64,000 bases of DNA from Clostridiales bacterium (GCA_031289755.1 JAITOU010000042.1:2502-66501); one strand, 5' to 3'; shown: positions 27,755 to 36,483, numbered from the stretch's first letter. The notes: generated by a model from the letters alone, not told the origin. Program-made: numbers and translations.

Positions 27755-29731
27755 TTATAGCTTTCTGTAAATTCTCATGACTATCACGGATAAATCGTCG
27801 CGGACTCCGCGCCGGACGGCTTCGGTCAGTATCGCGTCGGCAAAGGCTTGGGGATTTTTTGTGTTAAAGGATGCGATAAAGCCGTGTAAGCCGCCGTCTA
27901 AAAAGGCGTCGCCTATACCGTCGCTGACGAGAATGACAAAATCGTCGGGCAAGAGCGTCTTGACCGCTACGGCAGGGTGCGTTTCGTTGAGCGCGCCGAG
28001 CGGAAGCGCGTCGTTTTCGACCACTTGCGCCGCCTTGCCCCTTTTGATATAGCCGTCGTGCGCGCCCATTTTGATAAACGCCGCCGAAGCGGTTTTCAAA
28101 TCTATCACGCAGGTGTCTAAGGTCGCAAAAACTCCGCCGCCTATTCCGCAAAGCACGCGGTTGATAAGCGGCAACAGCGTTTCGCCGCCGAAGCCCGCGC
28201 GGTAAAAATTTTCGATAAGGTTTACCGCCGTTTCGCCGATACGGTGTGCGCTGCCGCCGTGTCCCATGCCGTCGCTAAGGACGGCGATAAATTTTCCGCT
28301 TTGGATTTTGAAGGCACTTTTGACGTCGCCGCTGACCTTGCCGCGCGATTGATGAGCTTCTCCGAAGACGACGTCGTAGCCGTCGGCGGTCTTGTATTCT
28401 ATGGCGGCACAGCCCTTAAACGGCATATCGGCGGAAGCGATGACGAGCCGTTGCCCCACCGTTTCGCAGACTATGCGAGAGAGAGAAGGGTTTTTGACGT
28501 CGCGTTCCCTGACAATTATCAAGACGCTTAACAATTCGTCGGAATTGTACACCGCCGCGTCAAGGCAGACGATATTTGCTGCGGCGAGAGCTTCGGTCAG
28601 TCGGCGTTCGGCGTTTGCGTCAAAGGACATTCCGCCGGCGGATTCGGCGGCGAGTCTGCCGAATATCTCCGCTACGCCGTCAAGCTGTACGGCTAAGGCG
28701 CGTGCCGTTTCGTCCCTGACGCAAACCTTCAAGGCGGCGGATGTTTCAAAAAAAGCGGCGCGCAGTCCCGACAGCTTGCGCCGCATTATTATGCGGCTGT
28801 TGTTGACAATACCGCGTTCCGACAACTCTTTTTTTTCTCCGTGATTTGTGAATGCGGACAAGAAGGGCAAAGACTTTTTTTGAAAAATAAAAAATACAAG
28901 AAGCCCCAGCGCAATTCCCGTTAAATCATATAAGCCGATGTGAAAGTCCGCAAAGGAAAAGACTAAGGAAAGTATGCAGACGCACAATATGCCTATGCCG
29001 CTGAAATAAAGCGACAGGGGACGCAGCGCGGCCGCCGCAGACGCCGTACAAATCAAAAAGGTCAGAGGCATAAGACTGCCGTCAAAAAAAGCCGCGCTTA
29101 TTCCGGCTATCGCCGCTATGGCAAGCGCATTCGGCGGCGACGAGAGAGCGAGCGCGAGCATTATGACCGCCGCCGCCGCGCAATAAAAAACGGGGCTTCC
29201 TATACCGTACAAGCCGAGCGCAAAAGCCGCCGATAAGAGAATCAGGGCGGCTTTTTCGTCCGTCGTAAATGCCTTGTAGAGCCTGACCCTGCGTATTGTC
29301 ACCGCTCCCGAAATGAGCGACGCGGCGTATGCCGACAAGACCGACAGCGCGACCGATACGGCGGCGTTTAATAACGCCTTGTCACCGTCGGCAAAAAAAA
29401 GAATCGGCAGACGGCTCAAAAAAACGCATAGGCAGACAGTAGGAAGCCCTACCTTTTTTTTTAATTTAAATCGGATATAATATGCCGCCGTAAAGACGAC
29501 GGGCGGAAATAACGCCGTGACTACGGCTGTCGCGCCTGCGCCTGAGATAAGAGCCGCCGCGATATAAAGGGGCGCGAGCAAAAGAATATTTTGTCCGGCA
29601 TAGGCGAATGCCGCAAAAAGTCCGACGGCAAACGGCGCGGAGTAATGCGTCTGCTCCGCCTTAAAAAAGACGGCGAAGCTCACAAAAAAACAGAGATATT
29701 TTGCGGTCGCAAAGGCTTTTTTATTTTTCAT
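27755..29731 (-). CDS. spoIIE: Stage II sporulation protein E (polytopic membrane PP2C phosphatase)
   Basis: About 10 N-terminal TM helices. C-terminal PP2C motifs VSGDV, AVLSDGMGHGGSA, ILVSDGIGD and DDLSVIVMRI. Confidence 0.8.
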   Translation of the reverse strand: MKNKKAFATAKYLCFFVSFAVFFKAEQTHYSAPFAVGLFAAFAYAGQNILLLAPLYIAAALISGAGATAVVTALFPPVVFTAAYYIRFKLKKKVGLPTVCLCVFLSRLPILFFADGDKALLNAAVSVALSVLSAYAASLISGAVTIRRVRLYKAFTTDEKAALILLSAAFALGLYGIGSPVFYCAAAAVIMLALALSSPPNALAIAAIAGISAAFFDGSLMPLTFLICTASAAAALRPLSLYFSGIGILCVCILSLVFSFADFHIGLYDLTGIALGLLVFFIFQKKSLPFLSAFTNHGEKKELSERGIVNNSRIIMRRKLSGLRAAFFETSAALKVCVRDETARALAVQLDGVAEIFGRLAAESAGGMSFDANAERRLTEALAAANIVCLDAAVYNSDELLSVLIIVRERDVKNPSLSRIVCETVGQRLVIASADMPFKGCAAIEYKTADGYDVVFGEAHQSRGKVSGDVKSAFKIQSGKFIAVLSDGMGHGGSAHRIGETAVNLIENFYRAGFGGETLLPLINRVLCGIGGGVFATLDTCVIDLKTASAAFIKMGAHDGYIKRGKAAQVVENDALPLGALNETHPAVAVKTLLPDDFVILVSDGIGDAFLDGGLHGFIASFNTKNPQAFADAILTEAVRRGVRDDLSVIVMRIYRKL

Positions 29732-29979
29732 TTACGGCTCTCTTGTCAATGCGGATAAGGGCGCATTAGAAAAACTTGCGTATATTTAAAAGACGCCTAA
29801 GCCTAAAAGCAAGCGGCGGTAAGGCGGCTAATCAAATAATATTATAGCTTTTTAACGGCGCGCAATATTTCCGTTTGTGCCGTGTTTTCTAAGCCGCTTA
29901 TCGACCGATGCCGCCGTCTTTGAGCCGTATTTTTAGGACTAAAACCATCGATATTTTCTATATTGATTATTGTAATAAC

Positions 29980-30007
29980 GGGCGACCGCACAGGGTCGCC
30001 CCTACGG
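29980..30007. repeat. REP-like palindrome (family copy c) with CCCTAC suffix
   Basis: gggcgaccgcacagggtcgccc-ctacgg. Confidence 0.8.
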
Positions 30008-30080
30008 ATATCTGCGTATTTTTTAGGCTTCATTATACTATCAATCATACGATATAACTTATTAAAAGCCGCTTCATTCG

Positions 30081-30146
30081 GCGTTCATTATAATTTAAAA
30101 CAACGTTCACCGTAGTTTAAAACGGCGTTCATTGTAGTTGTGTATG
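30081..30146 (+). promoter_or_regulatory. Three 22-bp direct repeats upstream of the acyltransferase-like gene
   Basis: gcgttcattataatttaaaaca / acgttcaccgtagtttaaaacg / gcgttcattgtagttgtgtatg, plus a partial gcttcattcg at 30071. Confidence 0.6.
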
Positions 30147-30217
30147 ATATTTTTCAAGAAAAATATTCGGCTTTCCGCAGTTTAAATAGACGGAAGGCTA
30201 TTTTTAAGGAGTAAAAG

Positions 30218-31306
30218 ATGTCAAAAGAACACAAAGAACGCGCAAGCGGCAAAGAACAAACGCAAGCCACCGAAACGGCTTCGGCTCATTCCGCGTCCGA
30301 TAAGGCGCAGCGTATCAAAGGCAGAAACGTCACTATCGACAATGCAAAAGGACTGCTCGTATTGCTTTTTATGATAGTACACGCGGTTCGCAGTATCCCC
30401 AAAAACTTTCCGCTATCCGATTGGTTTTATCATTCGCCGCCGGCGCTTATCAAATGGTGGGGCTTTAATCTGCTCGACCTTGCGCCGGTAGCCTTTTTCT
30501 TTTTTATCGGTTTTGTCGTGTACGACGCCTTTGAAAAACGGTATTTGCATAGCGGACGTGCCGCATACAGAGAATTTTTTTTAAAAAATATGGCGATAAT
30601 GGGCTTGTTTTTGTGCCTTATCTTTGTTCAGAACAATCTTTCGGGCGGCACGACGCAATGGGCGTATTTTGTCAGCATAGGCTTCACGGGCTTTTTGATG
30701 CTTCCTTTTTTGCATCCGCGCATCAGAAAAAGTACGGCTGCAAAATTTATTTGCGCCGCCGCCGTCTTTGTCTTTTATTATTTTATGCGCGGCTTGCTTT
30801 TCAAATTTCTCGCGCCCGCTCCGGGCAACGAGGGCTACGGCAACAGCGGCGGCGGTCCTGCGGCTTGCTTCGGCTTTTTGGGAGTTGTTTTGCTTGCCGC
30901 CGGACTCGGCGACATAGCAAAGAAAAAGCTTTGGCTGTATGCGGTCTTTACCGCCGCAATATATCTTTTGGGATTGGCTACGACATTGGTTTTAAAGCCC
31001 GACTATCAGACGTTTAACGTCGAATATCTCTTCGGTGCTTTTTCAAAATTTAATCTGATTTATTTTATCTTCCTGCTCTTTAACAAATATGTGTTGAAAG
31101 GCAAAGCCATACCCTTTATCGCGACGCTCGGCAGAAATATCTTGCTTTATCTCATAATTACTTTGCTGCTGATAAGCGCGTTGGGCTTGTTCGGCTTTGC
31201 GCCGACAGACTTAAAGGGCGTTATTATACGCGTCGCGGTATTTGCCGCCGCCTACGCGCTCATATCGATACCGCTGGCAAAGAAAAAGACATTGTTTAAA
31301 TTATAG
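30218..31306 (+). CDS. Polytopic membrane protein, acyltransferase-like (DUF5009/DUF1624-type N-terminal signature)
   Basis: RBS AAGGAG. R-x-x-x-IDNAKGLLVLLFMIVHA signature and about 9-10 TM segments. Confidence 0.45.
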   Translation: MSKEHKERASGKEQTQATETASAHSASDKAQRIKGRNVTIDNAKGLLVLLFMIVHAVRSIPKNFPLSDWFYHSPPALIKWWGFNLLDLAPVAFFFFIGFVVYDAFEKRYLHSGRAAYREFFLKNMAIMGLFLCLIFVQNNLSGGTTQWAYFVSIGFTGFLMLPFLHPRIRKSTAAKFICAAAVFVFYYFMRGLLFKFLAPAPGNEGYGNSGGGPAACFGFLGVVLLAAGLGDIAKKKLWLYAVFTAAIYLLGLATTLVLKPDYQTFNVEYLFGAFSKFNLIYFIFLLFNKYVLKGKAIPFIATLGRNILLYLIITLLLISALGLFGFAPTDLKGVIIRVAVFAAAYALISIPLAKKKTLFKL

Positions 31307-31505
31307 GTAGCGCCGCGCAAATAAGATAAAATTTTAAGACGGCGTCTTTTTCGCCGTAATCCGTCTTCTTGCCTTGATAATAGCGCTGCTATTACCGGCG
31401 GCAACAAGCCGTTTTACGACAAAAAATACTTGCTTAAAATTTATCTTCTTTGCGTGGCGCTACCTAAGGTCGCGCCGCGCAAATAAGATAAAATTATTTG
31501 CTGTG
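31303..31505. repeat. Three copies (+,-,+) of the motif GGT(A/C)GCGCC(G/A)CGCAAA(T/G)AAGATAAA(A)TT; copies 2 and 3 are back to back
   Basis: Copies at 31305-31340, the reverse complement of 31428-31466, and 31467-31500. A related copy lies at 26603-26636. Confidence 0.7.
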
Positions 31506-31520
31506 AATATGAGTGACATT

Positions 31521-31585
31521 GTAGGGGCGCCGCTTGCCGCGCCCGTTTTACATAGGCTTGCGGGCGCGGCAAGCAGCGCCCCTAC
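31521..31585. repeat. Long GC-rich hairpin, GTAGGGGCGCC...GGCGCCCCTAC type
   Basis: 25-nt arms with 1 mismatch and a 15-nt loop. It shares termini with 49259-49323. Confidence 0.8.
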
Positions 31586-31686
31586 GATTATCAGCATTAA
31601 TTAGAGTTTATACGATGATTTAAGTTGATTAAATGTCGGCTTCGCTTATGCGGCGGTGAAAAATTACGGAAACGAAGGGTTTATAA

Positions 31687-32730
31687 ATGAAAAAAGAAAG
31701 AAATTCCGACGACATCAAAGCTTTGCGGAGCGCAAAAATAAGCGAAAGAAACGTCTTGATAGATAATTTTAAGGGGGTGCTGACGCTGTTGTATATGGCG
31801 GTTCACGTCATTATACATATGGACAAGACGGCGGATTTTACCGTGCCGGCATGGGTGGGGCATTCTAACCCGGTCGTGATAGCGGCATGGGGATTTAATC
31901 CTATCGATTTAGGACCGATACTGTTTTTTTTCGTCATAGGCTTTGTGCTTTTTGATTCGTTCAATACCGGATATGCAAAAATAGGCGCAGCCGCTTACAA
32001 ACGGGTCTTTATAAGGAACGCCGCTTTTTTGGGCGTGTTTTTGGGACTGATGTTTATTGCCGGACTCATCGGCGGCGAAACGTCTATCGCCACATGGAAT
32101 ACCGTGCCGAGTATAGGCTTCACGGGACTTCTCGCCGTTCCGTTTCTCTCGCCGCGCCTGACAAAAAGCGCGTGGGGAAAGCTCGCTTGCGCGGCGGCGG
32201 TAACGGTCTTTTATTATTTTGCACGCGACGTTCTCTTCAAATACCTTGCCGCCCAAAAGGAAGCTCACGCAGGCGGTATGGCGGCGTGCGTAGGGTATTT
32301 GGGTATTGTGCTGCTTGCGGGATTTATTAGGGATATTTCAAAAAAAGGCTTTTTGCCGTATGCGGCATTGACCGCCGCGCTTTGGCTTGCGGGGCGTTAT
32401 GTCTATCTCATAGACACACCGAGCTTTCCGCAGCTCAACGCCGTATATATGTTCTCCGCGCTCTCAAAGGTCAATCTCGCGTATTTTATCTTTTATACCG
32501 CAGATAAGCTTTTTTTGAAGAACCGCCCTATACCTTTGATTGCGGCAATGGGCAGAAACATCATGCTGTTTCTCTTTTTGATTCTCGCCGTACAAGCGGC
32601 TTACGCGCTGTTTGAAATCTTTCCGGCGGCAAATATGACCGACGGCTGGATAAGAGTAGGGGTAGTGGGAGCAATATATCTCTTGGCGGCGATACCGCTC
32701 GAAAAGAAAAAAATAACCTTTAAGCTTTAA
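31687..32730 (+). CDS. Polytopic membrane protein, tandem paralog of 30218-31306
   Basis: ERNVLIDNFKGVLTLLYMAVHV. C-terminus PLEKKKITFKL versus PLAKKKTLFKL in the paralog. Confidence 0.45.
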   Translation: MKKERNSDDIKALRSAKISERNVLIDNFKGVLTLLYMAVHVIIHMDKTADFTVPAWVGHSNPVVIAAWGFNPIDLGPILFFFVIGFVLFDSFNTGYAKIGAAAYKRVFIRNAAFLGVFLGLMFIAGLIGGETSIATWNTVPSIGFTGLLAVPFLSPRLTKSAWGKLACAAAVTVFYYFARDVLFKYLAAQKEAHAGGMAACVGYLGIVLLAGFIRDISKKGFLPYAALTAALWLAGRYVYLIDTPSFPQLNAVYMFSALSKVNLAYFIFYTADKLFLKNRPIPLIAAMGRNIMLFLFLILAVQAAYALFEIFPAANMTDGWIRVGVVGAIYLLAAIPLEKKKITFKL

Positions 32731-32867
32731 GCTTTTTTTTGTATTGTTTATTGCAATGACAAAAACATGGTTGACTTTGTTAAAATACCCTTTGCCAAAT
32801 AGATAGTCTTCGCACGCCCTAAATAAAAATTGACTTTTGGGCGTAATTGTTATATTATAATATAGGT

Positions 32868-33986
32868 ATGTATATTGACGCGTTAAGGTTGAAGGATTTT
32901 CGTAATTATGCAGCGGAAGATGCTGTTTTTTTTGAAGGGCTGAATATTTTTAAAGGCTCGAATGCCAGCGGAAAGACAAATCTTCTCGAAGCGGTGTATG
33001 TTTGCGGAGTGGGCAAGTCGCTCAGGACAAACCAAGACAAGGAAATGGTGCGTTGGGACGTACCCGAAGCGTCGGTCAAGCTCACTTTGGTCAAAAAATA
33101 CGGAAAGCACGATATCGAAATCTTTATCGATTCAAAAGGAAAAAAGAGAGTTTTGATAGACGGTATAGCGCAGGTCAGAATGGCGGAGCTTTTGGGCTAT
33201 CTCAACATCGTGTTTTTTTCGCCGGACGAATTGAAGCTCATCAAGGAAGGACCGTCGGAAAGGCGGCGGTTTATGGACATCAGTCTTTGCCAGCAGAGCC
33301 GCTTGTATTTAAAAAGTCTTTCGGCATACAATAAAGCGTTGACACAGCGCAACAAAATTCTCAAAACGGCATACAATGCTGAAACCGTCAGAAATATGCT
33401 CGACGTCTTCGATGTCCAGCTTGCAAAATACGGCGCGCCGATTATAGAGATAAGGAAGCGTTTTGTCGCCAATATATCCCAAACGGCGGCGGAATGGCAT
33501 TCCAAGATAAGCGGCGGCACGGAAAGTCTGTCGATAGCTTATGAATCGCCTATCGCGGACGACGGCTTGACGGCACGCGAAATCACCGACGTCCTTATAC
33601 GCAAATATGCCAAAGACAGAGAAAGGGATACCGAAACGCAATTTACCAACAGCGGACCGCACAGAGACGACTTAAAGGTCATCGTCAACGGCGTAGATAT
33701 AAGGAAATTCGGCTCGCAAGGGCAGCAGCGTTCGGCGGCGTTGTCGTTGAAGCTCGCCGAGATAGAGAGCTTTCGGATAGAAACGGGCGAAACGCCGGTC
33801 TTACTTCTCGACGACGTTCTCTCCGAATTGGATTTGGCGCGGCAAAAAAACCTTTTAGACGCGACAAAGGGGATACAGACGATTTTGACGTGTACGCATT
33901 TTGATATCGGCACGGACGTCGGATATAGGGAATACATTGTAACCGAAGGAAAAATTGTGGGGCAGACCGATATATATAAGGAATAA
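32868..33986 (+). CDS. recF: DNA replication/repair protein RecF
   Basis: MYIDALRLKDFRNY, Walker A GSNASGKTNLLEA, signature FGSQGQQRSAALSLKLAE, Walker B LLLDDVLSELD. ATG at 32868 is preferred over the ORF-track start. Confidence 0.9.
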   Translation: MYIDALRLKDFRNYAAEDAVFFEGLNIFKGSNASGKTNLLEAVYVCGVGKSLRTNQDKEMVRWDVPEASVKLTLVKKYGKHDIEIFIDSKGKKRVLIDGIAQVRMAELLGYLNIVFFSPDELKLIKEGPSERRRFMDISLCQQSRLYLKSLSAYNKALTQRNKILKTAYNAETVRNMLDVFDVQLAKYGAPIIEIRKRFVANISQTAAEWHSKISGGTESLSIAYESPIADDGLTAREITDVLIRKYAKDRERDTETQFTNSGPHRDDLKVIVNGVDIRKFGSQGQQRSAALSLKLAEIESFRIETGETPVLLLDDVLSELDLARQKNLLDATKGIQTILTCTHFDIGTDVGYREYIVTEGKIVGQTDIYKE

Positions 33987-34016
33987 AATCGGACGGTTGA
34001 CGGAATGTATTTTGAA

Positions 34017-34112
34017 GCATTTTGATATCGGCACGTCGGATATAGAGAATATATCGTAGCCGAAGGAAAAATTACCGGACAGACGGATATATATAAGGAA
34101 TAAAATCGGACG
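34017..34112 (+). repeat. Degenerate tandem duplicate of the last ~100 bp of recF, including the stop
   Basis: gcattttgatatcggcac...gatatatataaggaataaaatcggacg aligns to 33896-33995. Confidence 0.85.
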
Positions 34113-34167
34113 CGTTATACGGCGTTGTCTGAGCGATAAAAAATTTTTTTACACGGGAGGGAAATTT

Positions 34168-35127
34168 ATGCCTAAGGGATTTAGCGGCGGTGGCGGCGGC
34201 GGATTTAGCGTCGGGGGGTCGAAGGGCTTTTCGGGCGGAAGCTCCGGCGGTTTTTCGGGCGGAAGCAGAAGCACGGGCGGAAGCTATCGCAGACCGACCG
34301 GAAGTATCGGCGGCGGCTTTACCGGCGGACTGATTGGCGGAATGATAGCCGGAAGAATGGTCAACAGAAACAACGGCGGCGGAAGCGGCAACGGCGGAAG
34401 CGGCGGTGACCCGAACAATAACGGCACGCCTGCGCCGACTCCGAAAGAGCCGACGAGAAAGAAATGCGATTATTGCGGAGCGGAAAGCGATATCGGCGTT
34501 GAAAAATGCCCGAATTGCGGTTCGTCGGAGTTTACAGTTTTGGACGCGGACACAACGGCGGCGGCGGTTTCGGCGATACCCGCAGGAAATGCGGAAGAAG
34601 TCCAAAGACAAGCCGCAAACATCAGGGCGGGCAGCAAAAAAAGGCTGTTTACAGGTCTAATCGTCTTGGTTGTATTTGTGGTAGGTATAATCCTTATCAC
34701 AAGAGCCTGTTCGGTCGTCAATATGGACTCGACGGCGGTTGTCGGCGAAACGGTACATACGGCTTTTTTTGATATTACTATCAACAAGGTCGAGAAAAGA
34801 GATTCGTCTATGCCGAATTATATAGACGATACAGGTATGAATTATTGGGCGGTCGATGACACATTATTGTATGTCATCACCTACGAGATATACAATTACA
34901 CCACCTATAATCAACCGTTTAGCGAATACTACGATTTCTTTCTGTATTCCGACAGAAAGAAGTATAAACCGTTATCGGACCATGAATTTACTCTTGCTCC
35001 GTCTCAAACCGACACATACATAATTATTTTCGAGATTCCAAAAAACAAAACTACGGACTTGTATTTTGTCTATATCGAAACGGACGAAGAGGGAACGACG
35101 GGGGACACTTACGGCATAAAGGTTTGA
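34168..35127 (+). CDS. Gly-rich / zinc-ribbon / TM / DUF4352-like extracellular domain protein
   Basis: RBS GGGAGGG. GGGGGGFSVGGSKGFSGG low-complexity region, CDYCGAESDIGVEKCPNCGS, one TM, and a beta-rich C-terminus. Confidence 0.55.
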   Translation: MPKGFSGGGGGGFSVGGSKGFSGGSSGGFSGGSRSTGGSYRRPTGSIGGGFTGGLIGGMIAGRMVNRNNGGGSGNGGSGGDPNNNGTPAPTPKEPTRKKCDYCGAESDIGVEKCPNCGSSEFTVLDADTTAAAVSAIPAGNAEEVQRQAANIRAGSKKRLFTGLIVLVVFVVGIILITRACSVVNMDSTAVVGETVHTAFFDITINKVEKRDSSMPNYIDDTGMNYWAVDDTLLYVITYEIYNYTTYNQPFSEYYDFFLYSDRKKYKPLSDHEFTLAPSQTDTYIIIFEIPKNKTTDLYFVYIETDEEGTTGDTYGIKV

Positions 35128-35240
35128 CGCTTAACCGACTTATAGCCCGACTCTCCGCGATAACGCCATTTTTTGGGGTCTGCGGTTTGTCGGGTCGGGT
35201 CTTTTTTGCCGTAAAACGCCTTTGCACGGCGGTTTTATAA

Positions 35241-35404
35241 TAGATTAGTCCTATAACCTATCTGCCGACATATTTTGCGTCTTTTTGCCTTATACATCGT
35301 TGCCTTTTCCTTGTGTAGCTTACGCTACACGGTGTCAAATGCGCCTTGTATAAGGCAAAAATCCGCTACAATCTGTTCGTCATATAGGTTATAGGACTAA
35401 TCTA
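35241..35404 (+). mobile_element. TA-flanked long-hairpin MITE-like element, copy 2 (best preserved)
   Basis: Perfect 21-bp termini tagattagtcctataacctat / ataggttataggactaatcta. Conserved core ...gtgtagcttacgctacac...gtcaaatgcgcc. Confidence 0.7.
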
Positions 35405-35569
35405 ATGAAGAAGTGTTTTTTTGAATATCGCAGCTTTTTTTTCAATTACACTTGCTTTTTTTATTTTTTATGGTATAATAGTATCGTCAACAGTAAATAG
35501 TTGCAATTATATAGTGAAAACTTTCGCTTTTTACAACAATAGTTTTATCATATTACGAGGTGTAAGTCG

Positions 35570-36304
35570 ATGTTAGTTGATATTGTCGTTGCTTTAATTA
35601 TCTTGATAGGCTTGATTATAGGCTGGCAGCAAGGTCTGTACAAGTTTTTTAAAAAGATTTTACCGGTCGTAGGCTCGCTTGTAGCTGCGGCGTTTCTGTG
35701 CAAGCTGCTTGCCGAATACGTCAATCAATCGTTTAATACATCTTTGATTGATTGGGTAACAAGTTGGTTTTCAAAGATTGGCGACGTCGTCAATTTGCCG
35801 GTGATAACGGAGGAAGGCAAGCTTTTTGTCGCGACAACCGAAGGCAATGTTTCGTTGGCGCAGGTCTTTAAGGACAGCGGCTTCGGAGTCTTTTCGGGTA
35901 CGATTGAGGCGGTCTTGGCTAAGCTCATCACCTTTGACGGAACGACGAGTATTGCCGACAAGATTATTCCGTTTATCGCGCTTGCGTTGTGCTACGCGGC
36001 AAGCTTTATAGCAATCTTCTTTGTATCGCTTATCATTATCGGCATTTTTACCAAAATTGTCGGTAAGCTTATTACAAAAAACTTCTTTAAATACGCCGAC
36101 AAGTTTATCGGCTCGATAGTCTGGACCGCGCTCTTTATCTTTATCGTGTACGGACTGTTCGCATTGATTACCTTGTTCGAGACCGAAAGCGTCATGCAGC
36201 CGTTTATGGAATATCTCGAACAATCGACCGCCGCCAACATCATGTATGACAACAATATCTTCCTTATATTGATAAAGGAAATAGGCAATTCGTTTGCAAA
36301 ATAA
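35570..36304 (+). CDS. cvpA: CvpA-family membrane protein
   Basis: N-terminus MLVDIVVALIILIGLIIGWQQGLYKFF and 4 TM helices. The family call rests on the N-terminal pattern only. Confidence 0.6.
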   Translation: MLVDIVVALIILIGLIIGWQQGLYKFFKKILPVVGSLVAAAFLCKLLAEYVNQSFNTSLIDWVTSWFSKIGDVVNLPVITEEGKLFVATTEGNVSLAQVFKDSGFGVFSGTIEAVLAKLITFDGTTSIADKIIPFIALALCYAASFIAIFFVSLIIIGIFTKIVGKLITKNFFKYADKFIGSIVWTALFIFIVYGLFALITLFETESVMQPFMEYLEQSTAANIMYDNNIFLILIKEIGNSFAK

Positions 36305-36328
36305 TCAGAAAGATTTAGAATAAATATA

Positions 36329-36362
36329 AGAGCCGTTTTTAAAGAAACGGCTCTTTTTTTTG
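36329..36362 (+). terminator. Rho-independent terminator after cvpA
   Basis: agagccgttt-N6-aaacggctct followed by T9. Confidence 0.8.
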
Positions 36363-36397
36363 CTTCAAAAGTACTTATGTTGATTAAAAACAAGGAA

Positions 36398-36450
36398 AAA
36401 ATCAAAATATTTTGATTTATCTTGACATAAAAATCATTTTGCGTTATAAT
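36398..36450 (+). promoter_or_regulatory. Perfect 20-bp palindrome abutting a consensus promoter
   Basis: AAATCAAAATATTTTGATTT (36398-36417). TTGACA (36422-36427), 17-nt spacer, TATAAT (36445-36450). The spacer contains CATTTTGCG. Confidence 0.65.
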
Positions 36451-36483
36451 CAATATATCTTATTTCAAGGAAGCATTTGACAT

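Noticed and set aside
31374-31604. 76-aa + strand ORF between the acyltransferase paralogs, and the 73-aa ORF at 61832-62053.
   Set aside because: Both run through palindromic repeat elements, have no RBS and lack any recognisable motif.
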